Of a DNA stretch of 43,211 bases, positions 1 through 10,938 are shown piece after piece. A model generated the notes under the pieces. That model was not told where the DNA came from. It saw only the letters and a list, made by a program, of their open reading frames with translations, and searched no databases. Both the position numbers and the translations under genes were made by a program. The first letter of the stretch is position 1, and each line of letters starts with the position of its first letter. The stretch comes from an uncultured Acidobacteriota bacterium (GTDB lineage Bacteria > Acidobacteriota > UBA6911), in the NCBI GenBank assembly GCA_963827655.1, contig CAWHCF010000011.1:1-43211 (forward strand). Reading direction: 5' to 3'.

Positions 1-95
1 AAGGAAAAGGATGGAAATCCGCGAGCAAAGCCACTATCCTTGGGACCTTTCGAAGGAACCCCGCAGGAGCAGATTCACGCTCGTCAGAACGTACC

Positions 96-1643
96 TTGGC
101 CGGCCAGGAACAAACCCACACCTCAGGTCTCTCCCTCAAGCGCAGGAGAATCATAACGGTCGGAATCCTGATCGGCACTTTCCTGGGGGCTTTGGAAGCC
201 ACCGTGGTGAGTACGGCAATGCCGACCGTGATTGCCAGCCTGGGCGGCCTCCACATTTATAGCTGGGTTTTTTCCGTTTATCTGCTCACTTCAACCGTAA
301 CCGTGCCGATCTGGGGACGCCTGTCCGATCTCTATGGCAGGCGAGTCTTCTATATAGCCGGCATCGCCTTATTCCTTCTCGGTTCCGCCCTCTCGGGCCA
401 GTCGCAGACCATGCTCGAGCTGATCGTCTTCCGGGCGATTCAGGGTTTAGGAGCTGGAGCGCTGGTACCCCTGGGGCTGACGATCATCGGGGACCTGTAT
501 GCCATGGTCGAACGAACTCGCGTGCAAACCCTTTTCAGTGCGGTCTGGGGTGTGGCCAGCATACTGGGCCCGGTCACTGGAGGTTTCCTGACTGACCAGC
601 TTTCCTGGCGCTGGGTCTTTTACATAAATATCCCGTTCGGCCTGGCAGCCGCAGTCATCATTGGGGTGGCCCTGGTGGAAGAAGGCTTCCGGCGAAAAGC
701 CGCCATCGATTATCCGGGGGCGATCCTGCTGACGGCGTCCATCACGCTTTTTCTGGTTGCTCTGATGGAAGGGGGCTCAGGCGTCCTGGGCTCTGGAGGA
801 TGGAGTTCGTGGCCCGTGATGTCAATGCTGGCCGGCTCGGCAGGGCTGCTGGTCAGCTTCGTTTATGTCGAGTCTCGCGTTCCTGAGCCGATAGTTCCGC
901 TCTCCCTGTTTTCAAACAAGATATTCCGCGCCGCTACCGTCAACGGTCTCCTCGCCGGAATGGCGCTCTTCGGATCGATTTCATTCATACCTCTCTATGT
1001 GCAAGGCGTCATGGGAGGGAGCGCAACCCAAGCGGGAAGCGTTCTCACCCCGATCCTCCTGGGCTGGGTGACCTTCGCCGCCATTGGAGGCCGGCTGCTG
1101 CTGCGAATCGGCTATCGTTCCACGGTCATCGCCGGAATGATCCTGCTCGCGACCGGTTTCTTCTTCCTTACGAGAATACGACCCTCAGCCGGTCCGATTT
1201 ACATCATCCTTGACATGCTCGCTACCGGAGCGGGTATGGGACTTAGCATGCTCACGCTGTTGATTGCCGTCCAGAGCGCGGTGCCGCGCGAGCTGCTCGG
1301 TATCGCCACGTCGTCCACGCAGTTCTTTCGCAGCATCGGCGGCATCGTAGGGGTGGCCCTCATGGGATCGGTCCTGAGCAGCCGCCTGTCGTCGGAGGTT
1401 GAGAAAATCGTAGGCAGCGATGGCAGCCACCAGGAGTTGGCCGAGCTGGCTCGCCACCCGGATATCATTATCAATGCCGAAGCGCGCGCCCGCATTCCCG
1501 CTCCAGTTCTGCAAGATTTCACCACCGCGCTCGACCATGCGCTGCATTCGGTTTTTCTGGTCGGGCTGGCGGTTGCGATTCTGGCCCTCTTCTCCGCCTT
1601 CCTGGTCCCGCGCGGCAAGTCTCAGGAGCACGCCAGGTATTGA
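96..1643 (+). CDS. MFS transporter, DHA2 (EmrB/QacA-like, 14-TM drug:H+ antiporter) family
   Basis: 515-aa hydrophobic ORF with MFS motif A (GRLSDLYGRR), the RAIQGLGAG motif and WRWVFYINIPFG typical of DHA2. The start is uncertain: TTG at 96, and the frame is open to the window edge. Confidence 0.9.
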   Translation: MAGQEQTHTSGLSLKRRRIITVGILIGTFLGALEATVVSTAMPTVIASLGGLHIYSWVFSVYLLTSTVTVPIWGRLSDLYGRRVFYIAGIALFLLGSALSGQSQTMLELIVFRAIQGLGAGALVPLGLTIIGDLYAMVERTRVQTLFSAVWGVASILGPVTGGFLTDQLSWRWVFYINIPFGLAAAVIIGVALVEEGFRRKAAIDYPGAILLTASITLFLVALMEGGSGVLGSGGWSSWPVMSMLAGSAGLLVSFVYVESRVPEPIVPLSLFSNKIFRAATVNGLLAGMALFGSISFIPLYVQGVMGGSATQAGSVLTPILLGWVTFAAIGGRLLLRIGYRSTVIAGMILLATGFFFLTRIRPSAGPIYIILDMLATGAGMGLSMLTLLIAVQSAVPRELLGIATSSTQFFRSIGGIVGVALMGSVLSSRLSSEVEKIVGSDGSHQELAELARHPDIIINAEARARIPAPVLQDFTTALDHALHSVFLVGLAVAILALFSAFLVPRGKSQEHARY

Positions 1644-1647
1644 GTGC

Positions 1648-1714
1648 TCTTCGAGTCTTCGTGTCTTGGAGGTTGGGGTTTTTGCTCCCACCACCAAGCA
1701 CGAAGACTCGAAGA
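1648..1714. terminator. Long hairpin between convergent genes, made of two inverted copies of the 9-nt-periodic repeat; likely bidirectional terminator or RNA end structure
   Basis: tcttcgagtcttcgtgtcttgg (from 1648) pairs with ccaagcacgaagactcgaaga (to 1714). It lies between the stops at 1643 (+) and 1728 (-). Confidence 0.6.
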
Positions 1715-1727
1715 CACCACGAAACGT

Positions 1728-4442
1728 CTAGAAGGCAGTGCGTTGCATGCTCGCCTTCAGGGCCTCATCAATACGGGCTACCGACTCCGCCAGGTGGGCC
1801 CTGGTCTCGAGCGAGCCGGCCGCCCGCGCCTGGGCCGCCTCCAACTGGCCTCGAAGAGTTACCAGCCCGTCGCGCGAGAGCGTGCGCGCATCCTCCGGCA
1901 CCGAACTATCCCGCAGAACCATGCCGATCAGCCTGCGCAAGTGCTCCCGCTGGAGCGCGCGCCGGTAGCTGTTAATCGATACCGCGTCGGCGCCCCGGCT
2001 CTCGGCCCAGACCGCGTCCTGGATGGTGGTGAACAGAGTTCCCAGCGTAAACGCATCTTTGGCGAATCGACCTTCACTTCCGTGTCCAGGATTCGATTCA
2101 TCACCACCGGGTGGAAAACACGGTCAAGCACGCCCCGTTGCAGTGACAGCACCATGGCATGGATGGGGACATCCGTGCGACCCAGCATGGACTCGAAGTT
2201 ATACCAGTCCGGGAAACGCTCGCCGGCGAGCTTGTTCAGAAGGCGCGGCGAGAACTTGAAAGCCTCGGGTGAGAACAAGCGGTCGCGCAGCAGGTTCAGC
2301 GCCTCTTTCTGCCGGTCAGCCGGTACGGGGTTGAAAGGAAGGCGATTGCCGGGATCGCCCACGTGATCGCGGTAATAATGCACGCCGCCGATGTACTTGG
2401 AGGCCAGGTAAAGAGCCTGGCCCGCCTGCCCCACCGCGCCGCCGAAGCTGCGCCGAAGAACCTGGTAGCCTTCACCCGGCTTCAGCAGACGCTCTTCCAT
2501 GTTGGCGAAGATTTCCTGGGCGAGCCCGGTCCGGTGCTTGTAGTACTTCAGAGGGTCGGACCCCAGGTCGAAGCGGTTCACCGTCGGGTCCATATCGAGG
2601 CCCGGGCCGAAGCCGGCATCCTCGTCCGTGCCATAAGCCAGCTTTGGATCCGCCACACGCGAGGCGATCTTGCGCAGCTCGGGTAGTTCACCCGCGGGGC
2701 TGGAAGCCTCGATCGGCTTGTAAGCGTATTCGATCGCCCAGTAGTCGTATGGTCCCAGCGTGGTCTGATGGAATTCCCCCTGCTTGGAGCCGCGGGCGGC
2801 GATATTGGTGGGGATGTAATCCATCACCGAGCCGGTGAGGCCCTCGCGCGCGGTCACATCCGGGTTCTGCGCCTGCTCGAGAGTATGGATGGTGCTGGCC
2901 TGGAAATTGTGGCGCAGGCCGAGCGTGTGCCCGACCTCGTGCGCCGCGATTTCGGTCAGCAGGTCACGGATGAACTTTTCCGCATCGGGTCCCAACGGGA
3001 TCCATCCCGCGCGCCACCATCAGATCAAAACCGAACTCTGCGTCGCGCGCTTTGCTGTCCGCATAGTCGCAGAAGGCGCGGGCGCGCCCACTGCTCCAGG
3101 GCGCCATGAAGGGCCGGGGCGCGCCTGTTTCCCAGGGCATGGCTACCGGGTTGATCGCCTCGTTGACCTCGCGGCGAAAGTAGCGGGTCAAGGACTCGGA
3201 AAACCGGATGTCGGCATCGTAGATCTGGCCCGTGAACGGATTGGTGCGGGAAGGTCCTTGCGCGAAACCGGGATCGGGATGGCCCGCCAGCCAGCGGACC
3301 GTGTTGTAGCGCACGTCGCCCGGATCCCAATCGGCGTCGTCGGGCTGCTGTTTGACTTCGATGGCGTCCTTGAACCCGATACGCTCGAACGCCTTGTTGT
3401 ACATCAAGACCCCATTGCGGATGGCGTCGCGATACTTCACCGGAATCGTGTTTTCCAGCCAGAAAACGATGGGCTGCTTCGGACGGGAAAGCGGCGCCAG
3501 GGGGTCCTGCTTCTCCAGGTGCCAGCGGTTGATGAAGCGCTGCCGGGTGCTGTGCTCGAGGTCTTCGCTATAGTCCTCTCTCTGCTGGAAGAAGTGACCG
3601 ACGCGGTCGTCGGCCAGCCGTGGACGGTAGCCGGTTTCCGCCAGATCCGAGAGACTGTAGTGCAGCCGGAAGAACATGCTCCGCACATCCGGCAGATTAC
3701 GCGGTGGCGGCGGCGTCGGTGGCGGCGGCGTGCCCGGGGCCAGTAGCGGCGGCAGCGGCGGACGCTCGACGGAGTAATGGGCCACGGTCTCGATCTCCGT
3801 GTTCTGGTCGTACCCGTTCAGCTTGCCGAAGTAGCTGTTCTTGGCATCGAAGCGGTAAGGTATGCGAAAGGTTGCTTCAAGATCATAGGCCATCATCGGA
3901 AGGTCGGTCAGCAGCATGGCGCCCAGGTCAATCAACAGGCTCTTCCGCTCCGGATGTGGCTGGCTCTCGATCTTGGTCATCCCGAGAACAGAATCGCTGA
4001 AAGAGCGCTCGACCGCCCGTCTTATAGGGAGATCGGGCCGTGCCGTGAAGCGGGTATTCCTGGCGATCATCTGAATGTTCTTCGCCTGTTTGCGAAAGAC
4101 AAAGGCCGTCTCACCGCACATCGCCGCGGCATAGAAACCACGCTCACCGATGCCCGAATCGCAGGTGAGCGACAACATGTAGATCTTGTCCAGCTGGTCG
4201 GGAAGGATTTCCAGGAAAGTCTTTTCCTCACCCCGGTAAAGTGTGAACAGGCCCTGGATCACCCGGGCGTCTTTGACGATTTCGCCGAAAGGCTTCAGCG
4301 GTTCGGGCTTCTTTTCGTCGGCCGATTCGGGCTTCTTGGCGTCGGCAGGCGGTGCCGGCGCCTGCTGACCCGCCGGGGTGGTCTGAGCCCCGAGCATCCC
4401 GGCAGAGAACAACGCGAAGACGATTAACTCCTTGATACGCAT
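1728..4442 (-). CDS. Secreted zinc-dependent metalloprotease (DUF5118/DUF5117/DUF4953 Met-zincin type), split by two 1-bp frameshifts
   Basis: Signal peptide, PRLADDRVGHF, KQPIVFWLEN, the HEVGHTLGLRH zinc motif and the SVMDY Met-turn. ORFs 2964-4442, 1928-2995 and the frame ending at 1728 join if one G is removed at 2997-2999 and one T is added at 2058-2060 (giving ...DSPKDAFTLGTLFTTIQDAVW...). Confidence 0.85.
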
Positions 4443-4570
4443 CTTGGTTAGCTCCTACGGATAAAGTGCCCCAAGATGAGGCACCGCCTGGTCAGATGAA
4501 ACTCCCTTATAGTCCTCTTAAGACGTAGAAAGGGCCCAAAGAGTTTTTAAGAATTTCGCTCAACCGCAAA

Positions 4571-4694
4571 TACCACGAAGACACTAAGGTTCGTTCGGGG
4601 ACTTCGCCCCGAACAAGGCCCCATCTGAACGACAACATGTTGGTTTGAACGATTCACTAAGTGCCTAAGACACGAAGAAACACCAAGACATCTT
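4571..4694 (+). repeat. Two copies of the 9-nt-periodic intergenic repeat plus a GC hairpin
   Basis: taccacgaagacactaagg at 4571, cactaagtgcctaagacacgaagaaacacc at about 4655-4684, and hairpin gttcgggg-acttcg-ccccgaac at 4593-4614. Confidence 0.55.
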
Positions 4695-4754
4695 GATGGC
4701 GCTTCGAGTTGACATTACTATTCGCGACGTGAAGCAATCATTGAGGGAAGCGAC

Positions 4755-5807
4755 ATGAGACGAACGACCCGACGGGTGTCCAATGCCGATTTCGCGACGC
4801 AGCCGGCAGGCATTCTCGGAACCGAGACTCCATCGGACGACAGCCTGCTCGATGCCTATTCCAAGGCCGTGACCAGCGCTGCGGAGAAGGTCAGCCCCTC
4901 GGTGATCAACATCGACGTTCGCCAGCGGGTCCGGGGCAGGCGCGCAGATGCCCCAAGTTCACGAGAAGTGCGCGGCAACGGATCCGGTTTCATTTTCACG
5001 CCGGACGGTTTTGTTCTTACCAACAGCCATGTCGTGCACAAAGCGACGCGAATCGACGCCATGCTCTCGGACGGCCGTCGCTATCAGGCAGAGCTTATCG
5101 GCGATGATCCCGATACCGATCTGGCGGTGGTCCGTATCGATGCGCCTTCCCTCGTGCCGGTAACTCTGGGAGATTCGCAATTGATGCGAGTGGGCCAGCT
5201 CGTGGTCGCCATCGGCAACCCCTACGGCTTCCAGGCCACCGTCACGGCCGGCGTGGTGAGCGCTCTGGGACGCTCTCTCCGATCGACCTCGGGGCGCCTG
5301 ATCGACGATGTTATCCAGACCGACGCCGCTCTCAATCCAGGAAATTCGGGCGGGCCTCTGGTCACATCGCGCGCGGAAGTCGTAGGCGTCAACAGCGCCG
5401 TCATTCTTCCGGCGCAGGGAATTTGCTTTGCCATTGCAATTAACACCGCCAAGTTCGTGGCCAGCAGGCTGATCCGAGACGGAAAGATTCGGCGCGGTTA
5501 TATCGGCGTTGCAGGACAGAACGCCCCGATCCTGCGCCGCATTGCGCGCTTCCATCAACTACCGGCAGAGAGTGGTATCCTGGTGGTTTCGATTGAAAAC
5601 TCGAGCCCCGCTCAAAAGGCGACGCTGCGCGAGGGCGACGTTATTGTTGCCTACGACGGGACTCCGACCGCCGGCATCGACGACCTGCACCGGTTATTGA
5701 CCGAGAAGCAGGTCGGTGTGCGGTCGTCGCTTACGGTGATTCGGGGAACTGAAAAATTGTCGCTCGATATAGTGGCCCAGGAATCCAGACCGAGAACCGA
5801 TGACTGA
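4755..5807 (+). CDS. HtrA/DegP-like trypsin serine protease with one PDZ domain, no evident signal peptide
   Basis: GSGFI, LTNSHVV (His), TDLAVV (Asp), QTDAALNPGNSGGPL (Ser), and a C-terminal PDZ (SPAQKATLREGDVI). Confidence 0.92.
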   Translation: MRRTTRRVSNADFATQPAGILGTETPSDDSLLDAYSKAVTSAAEKVSPSVINIDVRQRVRGRRADAPSSREVRGNGSGFIFTPDGFVLTNSHVVHKATRIDAMLSDGRRYQAELIGDDPDTDLAVVRIDAPSLVPVTLGDSQLMRVGQLVVAIGNPYGFQATVTAGVVSALGRSLRSTSGRLIDDVIQTDAALNPGNSGGPLVTSRAEVVGVNSAVILPAQGICFAIAINTAKFVASRLIRDGKIRRGYIGVAGQNAPILRRIARFHQLPAESGILVVSIENSSPAQKATLREGDVIVAYDGTPTAGIDDLHRLLTEKQVGVRSSLTVIRGTEKLSLDIVAQESRPRTDD

Positions 5808-6780
5808 ACTGACTGTTCTTTCCGGCATCCAACCCTCCGGCAATCTGCATCTGGGCAACTATTTCGGCGCGGTCCAGCTCTTCCTGGACCTGGTCGCCAG
5901 CGGCCACCGGTGCTACTACTTTCTGGCAAACTACCATGCCCTGACCTCCTTGCGCGATCGCGCCCGGCTTCTCGACCTCACCCGCAGCACCGCCGCCGAT
6001 TACCTCGCCCTGGGCCTTGACCCGGATCGATGCGCGATCTACCGGCAGAGCGACTTGCCCGAAGTTTGCGAACTGCAATGGATTCTGAGCACCGTGACAC
6101 CGATGGGACTGCTGGAGCGCTGCCATGCTTACAAAGACAAGGTCCAGCAAGGACTGCCGTCAGACCACGGTCTCTTTGCATACCCGGTATTGCAAGCAGC
6201 CGATATTCTGATAGTTCGCGCGAACCGGGTGCCCGTGGGCCAGGATCAGAAGCAGCATGTCGAGGTGACGCGCGACATCGCGCAGCTTTTCAACAGCTCC
6301 TACGGCGACGTGCTCACCCTTCCCGAGCCCCATATCAAGCAAGAAGTTGCCGTGGTCCCCGGGCGCGACGGGCGCAAGATGTCGAAATCGTATAACAACA
6401 CGATCGAACTGTTTGCCGCCGAACCGGAAGTGCGGCGTCAGATCATGTCGATCGTGACCGATTCAGCGGCGGTTGCCGATCCGAAAGACCCCGAGCGCAG
6501 CCTGGTGTACTCCATTCTGAAGCTTTTCATCACGCCCGAGATGCAGGCCGATTGGGCGGACCGGTTTCGGCGCGGCGGCCTCGGGTATGGCGAGGTCAAG
6601 AAGGCGATCTTCGAGAGTTTTATGGAAAAATTCGGGGCGGCTCGCCGCAGGCGGAAGGAGCTTGATCAACAGCCCGACTACATTGAAGAGGTCTTGCGGA
6701 GAGGAGCGGAGCAGGCGCGCCAGGTCGGCCTGCCCCTGGTGCGCCAGGTTCGCGATGCCGTAGGTATCCCCGATCCCTGA
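5800..6780 (+). CDS. trpS: Tryptophan--tRNA ligase
   Basis: SGIQPSG, HLGN (HIGH), YPVLQAADIL, VPVGQDQKQHVE and KMSKS motifs. The start overlaps the upstream stop (atgactga). Confidence 0.97.
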   Translation: MTELTVLSGIQPSGNLHLGNYFGAVQLFLDLVASGHRCYYFLANYHALTSLRDRARLLDLTRSTAADYLALGLDPDRCAIYRQSDLPEVCELQWILSTVTPMGLLERCHAYKDKVQQGLPSDHGLFAYPVLQAADILIVRANRVPVGQDQKQHVEVTRDIAQLFNSSYGDVLTLPEPHIKQEVAVVPGRDGRKMSKSYNNTIELFAAEPEVRRQIMSIVTDSAAVADPKDPERSLVYSILKLFITPEMQADWADRFRRGGLGYGEVKKAIFESFMEKFGAARRRRKELDQQPDYIEEVLRRGAEQARQVGLPLVRQVRDAVGIPDP

Positions 6781-6789
6781 CGGCAAAAA

Positions 6790-6866
6790 CTCACCACGAA
6801 GACACAAAGACACGAAGAAACACCATTCAATTATCTTTCCTGGCGGCTTCGCGTCCTTGCGGTGAG
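6790..6866. repeat. Inverted pair of 9-nt-periodic repeats at the trpS / PVC-protein convergence
   Basis: The forward copy is tcaccacgaagacacaaagacacgaagaaacacc (about 6791-6824). The minus-strand copy tcaccgcaaggacgcgaagccgccaggaaa (about 6836-6865) encodes the last residues of the PVC protein. Confidence 0.55.
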
Positions 6867-9800
6867 CCCGGCCGAAGATGTGTCGCCTGCAAATAGGCGA
6901 TCAGATCCGCCATGTCCCCCTTGCTCATGCCCGCCTCCAAACCGTCGGGCATCAGGGAAACAGGAGAAGCCCGGATCTCTCCGATATTCGACCGAAGAAT
7001 GGTTTCATCGTCGCTGTCCGAACGCCGCAGCGTGATGGTTCCCCTGGATTCGTTTGCGATCAGTCCATCGTGGATTCGTCCGTCTCGAGTCACGATCACA
7101 TAATTTGTGTACGCCGGTTGAATCGATTGGCTGGGCGCCAGAATGTCGTTTAACAGCTGTGTCTTGGTCCGGCTGTTCACACCCGATAGATCCGGTCCGA
7201 TGCGCCGCCCTCCCCGTGCCGTGTGGCATGTGGCGCAATTCTTTTCGAAAACGGACTTCCCACGGGTTGCGTCTCCCGATTCGTTAAGCGCCGTGTGATA
7301 GGTCTGAACCACAGCCGCGCGGTCGCCGGCCTCCGCTTCAAAAACCTTGGCGGCGCGGCTGCTCACCTTCTCATCCGGATTTCGCAGCAGCTTTTCTTTT
7401 CTCGGCAGATCAAGAGCCGCGCGTTCAATCCGTCCGCCTTCGATAGCCTCGAGCAGGGCGGGCGCGCGCTCCTTGTGGCCGAGCAGCGCATCCAGGACAT
7501 CGTTGCGGATCTCCGGCCCGAAGCTTTTCCAGCGCCCGATCAAGAGCCGGCTGATTTCAGGATCATCGAACGACGCCAGCGCCGCCACGGCTGCCTTGAG
7601 TAGTTTCTGATCCAGCTCCGCCGAAAGGAGGCGTTCCAAAACTGGACGCACTTCCGAGAATTTCCCTCCGCCGAGCGATTGAATCGCAATTTCGCGCCTC
7701 TCGACGGGCAGGCTCGGATTCAGCGCCTCGCGGATCGATTTGCTGATGAAGGCGGGCATTTCAAAGTGTCTGGCGACGCTGCGCGCAGCCGCCTGCACCT
7801 TTTCTGACGGCGCGACAAGGGAGCTTGCCAGCAGCGCCTCTACCGAAGGCACTTTGAGGCGCGCCTCCGCAACCTTCAGCCCTCGAGCCAGACCGCTGAG
7901 CCCGGCTACCTGCCACGGCTCGGCGCCGAGCTGCTTCGTCTTCAGTAGAAGATTCATGAAATGGAGAATCTCTCCGGCATCGTGGCGGGTCCCGACAACC
8001 GAAGCCAGATCACGAAGGAACTCCTCTTTGCCTTTTGTGTGCTGCCCGAAGAAGTCTCCGCGAGCGACGATGGATTGAAGCAACCGGGCGGAGGATTGGG
8101 GCGTGGAGCTCAGGATCGCAGTGCGAAACCAGCGGTCCTCGGCATGGCTGGAGGCAAGAGCCGCCAGCGTCCCGATAACCAGGTCGCCCGTGGCGTCCGG
8201 ACGCGCCCGGCTGGCGCCAGAAGTTTCCGTCGCGGCTTCCGGGCGAAGCGGCAAAAGGAACTGTCCCAGGCTGAGGGCCAGGTGAAATCGAACGTGAGGC
8301 GAGGAATCACCGGCCATGGATGTCAGCTTCGGCACGAGTTCCGGAAAGGCCTCCGCCAGGCGCACGGCATGCTCTCGCACCCCGGGATTGGAATCACGCA
8401 GGCCGGCATCAACCAGCGCGGAATCAAGAGCGGAGAGCCCTTCGAGCGCATAAAGCGCATGCAGTCTCGCCTGCGGCGATTCGCTCTCGAGCACCGTCTT
8501 GGTCAGCAGCGGGACGGCGCTTTTATCCTGGCGCTCCAGAAGAAGACGTTGCGCCGTCAGCCTCCACCAGCCGTTGGGATGAGACAACAGGCGAACCAGG
8601 TCTGAAGTTCCCGCCTTCCCCAGATCAGGCCTTACGGCCTTCGATTTTGGCGCGTCTCGCGGCACGATGCGATAGATGCGTCCCATCGTGTCGCCGCTGT
8701 AAAAATCCATATCCTTCTTGAGCTCTTCAGGGATCGATTCCGGCGTCTCGATGAACTCGCGATACATGTCCACAACGTAGAGGTTTCCATCCGGGCCGGT
8801 GGCAAAGTTACAGGGCCGGAACCAGGGATCCGTGGACGCCAGGAACTCCCGGTCCTGTTCCTCCGGAGGGCGCTTCGCGACAAAACTCACACCGTCCGGA
8901 TCCAGGATGTCGCGATGAACCAGGTTGGCGCTGACCTCTCCCGTAAACAAGTTACCCCGGTATTTTTCGGGAAAGGCATCGCCGGAATAGATGGTTCCCC
9001 CGGCGGCCGCGGAGAAGTATCCTCCTACAATTTCAGTGGAAGCACTCAGCGGTCTCACGCCTTCCAGCTTATTCTCCCGATAGCGCTGCTGGCGCATCTG
9101 GGTCCGGACCTCGCGCCAGTATTGCGGCTTGGTAAGCGGGAAAATTGGCACCGCGGGTTGCCCGTGGTCCGAAATGTCCTGGGCTGCGGCTCCGGCGGCC
9201 AGGAGAGGATTGCGGTCATAGTAGCGCCGCGGCGTGACCACGTGGCGCACATGAAGTGTGTTTTCGGTTATAAACCGGTGACCCCAATCATCCATAGCCT
9301 GGCCGAACTGCGTCGGTCCGGATTCGGCTTCGAACAGACCCCGGTCGAGACGAAAGCGAAAATCGGCGCCCAGAACATTGACGGGAGGGAGATCCGGTCG
9401 CTCGGTGAAAGTAATGGTTCCGCGCTGGCCGTTGTTGGAAGCGTAGATCCAGTTGTCAATGCCGAACCGGAGATTTGTGATCCGGCTTTCAGGATTGACC
9501 AGCGCGAAACCCGTGAAAAGAACTTTGCGCTCGTCGGCCTTCCCGTCGCCGTTCAGGTCTTTCAAGTAGAGTATGTCAGGGGCGGCAGCGACGAGCAGTC
9601 CTCCCTTCCACGGGAGCATACTGGTAACCTGCAGGAGCTTGTCGGCGAAAACCGTGGCGCGCTCCACCCGTCCGTCGCCGTCGGCATCTTCGAGAAGATG
9701 AATGCAGCCGCGCGGCGGTTTTCCGGAGGGAGGATCGTCCGGCAGGTCCAGCATTTCGGCGGCGAACGCGCGCCCCTGCTCGTCGAAAACCACTTCTACC

Positions 9801-9970
9801 GGATCGAGTACGTGCGGCTCGGCCGCGAACAGCTCAATGCGAAAGTCCTCATTGAGCCGGAAACTCTTCAGCGCTTCTTCGGGTGAAAGAGGTCCCGGAC
9901 CACGGCGGCGAGAACAGCCGCCGATCAGGAGCAGGATGATTGTGACCAGCAGGCAAACATAGCGGTTCAT
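6827..9970 (-). CDS. PVC-type heme-binding CxxCH protein (putative membrane-bound dehydrogenase: beta-propeller + HEAT repeats + cytochrome c), lipoprotein
   Basis: Lipobox LIGGC after MNRY, LSPEEALKSF...IELFAAEP, EFLASTDPWFRP...GPDGNLYVVDMYR, LSHPNGWWRLTAQRLL, heme motif CATCH, GPDLS and distal SLMPDG. ATG 9970 is preferred over 10030. Confidence 0.9.
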   Translation of the reverse strand: MNRYVCLLVTIILLLIGGCSRRRGPGPLSPEEALKSFRLNEDFRIELFAAEPHVLDPVEVVFDEQGRAFAAEMLDLPDDPPSGKPPRGCIHLLEDADGDGRVERATVFADKLLQVTSMLPWKGGLLVAAAPDILYLKDLNGDGKADERKVLFTGFALVNPESRITNLRFGIDNWIYASNNGQRGTITFTERPDLPPVNVLGADFRFRLDRGLFEAESGPTQFGQAMDDWGHRFITENTLHVRHVVTPRRYYDRNPLLAAGAAAQDISDHGQPAVPIFPLTKPQYWREVRTQMRQQRYRENKLEGVRPLSASTEIVGGYFSAAAGGTIYSGDAFPEKYRGNLFTGEVSANLVHRDILDPDGVSFVAKRPPEEQDREFLASTDPWFRPCNFATGPDGNLYVVDMYREFIETPESIPEELKKDMDFYSGDTMGRIYRIVPRDAPKSKAVRPDLGKAGTSDLVRLLSHPNGWWRLTAQRLLLERQDKSAVPLLTKTVLESESPQARLHALYALEGLSALDSALVDAGLRDSNPGVREHAVRLAEAFPELVPKLTSMAGDSSPHVRFHLALSLGQFLLPLRPEAATETSGASRARPDATGDLVIGTLAALASSHAEDRWFRTAILSSTPQSSARLLQSIVARGDFFGQHTKGKEEFLRDLASVVGTRHDAGEILHFMNLLLKTKQLGAEPWQVAGLSGLARGLKVAEARLKVPSVEALLASSLVAPSEKVQAAARSVARHFEMPAFISKSIREALNPSLPVERREIAIQSLGGGKFSEVRPVLERLLSAELDQKLLKAAVAALASFDDPEISRLLIGRWKSFGPEIRNDVLDALLGHKERAPALLEAIEGGRIERAALDLPRKEKLLRNPDEKVSSRAAKVFEAEAGDRAAVVQTYHTALNESGDATRGKSVFEKNCATCHTARGGRRIGPDLSGVNSRTKTQLLNDILAPSQSIQPAYTNYVIVTRDGRIHDGLIANESRGTITLRRSDSDDETILRSNIGEIRASPVSLMPDGLEAGMSKGDMADLIAYLQATHLRPGSPQGREAARKDN

Positions 9971-9980
9971 AGATACCAGG

Positions 9981-9989
9981 ATGTTAGCA
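9981..9989 (-). promoter_or_regulatory. Candidate extended -10 promoter (TGcTAACAT)
   Basis: Lies 10 nt upstream of ATG 9970, and the gene has no Shine-Dalgarno sequence. Confidence 0.35.
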
Positions 9990-10032
9990 TATGATTGCGC
10001 TGTATTTACCACGGAGACGCCAGGACGCAAAG

Positions 10033-10935
10033 ATGAAACCGACTCGACGCGAATTCTTGTCCATGACCGGCGCCCTGGCGTTAGGGCCGCTCCAGAACCA
10101 GTCCGAGATGATCCTGGATCTCCACCAGCACGTTCTCTACAGCGGCCGCACGGAGGATCAACTGCTCGCGCATCAGACCCAATATCGAGTTGCGACGACA
10201 GTACTGCTCCCGGGCGAGGGCTGGATGCTCAAGGTAACGGGCGGGAACAGGGAGTGTGCCGGTTTTCAGGCGCAGCATGCCGCGGGCTTCGTACGCTTTG
10301 CCTGCTCCGATCCGGCGGAATCGCGCGCGGTCGACGTGCTGCGCGGGAATCTGAAGCGCGGCGCCATCGGCATCGGCGAGATGAAGTTCCACGTCGCCGT
10401 TGATTCGCCCGAGATGCACCGGGTTTACAAGCTGGCCGACGAAATGGGCGTCCCGGTGCTGATTCATTTCGAACATGAGAATTACAACACCGGTATCGAA
10501 CGCTTTGAGGCCATCCTGAAGGCATACCCGAAGGTGAATTTCATCGGGCACGCACAGACGTGGTGGGGCAATATCAGCGCGGACCTGAATCCGTTGGAAA
10601 TGTATCCCAAGGGTCCGGTGAAAAACGGTGGCTTGACCGACCGGTTGCTGGCCAATCATCCCAATATCTATGGAGATCTTTCGGCGGGTTCCGGACTCAA
10701 TGCCCTGACCAGAGATCCGGATTTTGCCGGCCGCTTCGTCGAGCGCCACACGCGGAAGCTCATCTGGGGGAGCGACTGCGATTGCCGGGATGGCAAGGGG
10801 GGCGGCATCAAGAGCGGCCGCTGCCTGGCCGAGCAGTCGCTGGCGGCTCTGCGCAAGCTGGTCCCCGATCCGGCCGCCCTCCGCCGCATCCTCTACGAAA
10901 ACGGAGCTGGATTGCTGCGCCTGAAGAAAGGATAG
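10033..10935 (+). CDS. Amidohydrolase_2 family metal-dependent hydrolase with Tat signal
   Basis: TRREFL Tat motif, DLHQH (HxH), GIGEMK, PVLIH, FIGH, YGDLSA and WGSD. Confidence 0.85.
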   Translation: MKPTRREFLSMTGALALGPLQNQSEMILDLHQHVLYSGRTEDQLLAHQTQYRVATTVLLPGEGWMLKVTGGNRECAGFQAQHAAGFVRFACSDPAESRAVDVLRGNLKRGAIGIGEMKFHVAVDSPEMHRVYKLADEMGVPVLIHFEHENYNTGIERFEAILKAYPKVNFIGHAQTWWGNISADLNPLEMYPKGPVKNGGLTDRLLANHPNIYGDLSAGSGLNALTRDPDFAGRFVERHTRKLIWGSDCDCRDGKGGGIKSGRCLAEQSLAALRKLVPDPAALRRILYENGAGLLRLKKG

Positions 10936-10938
10936 CTT

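Noticed and set aside
4709-4740. Perfect TTGACA -35 boxes at 4709, 13801 and 26314
   Set aside because: None has a convincing -10 hexamer at 16-18 nt spacing.
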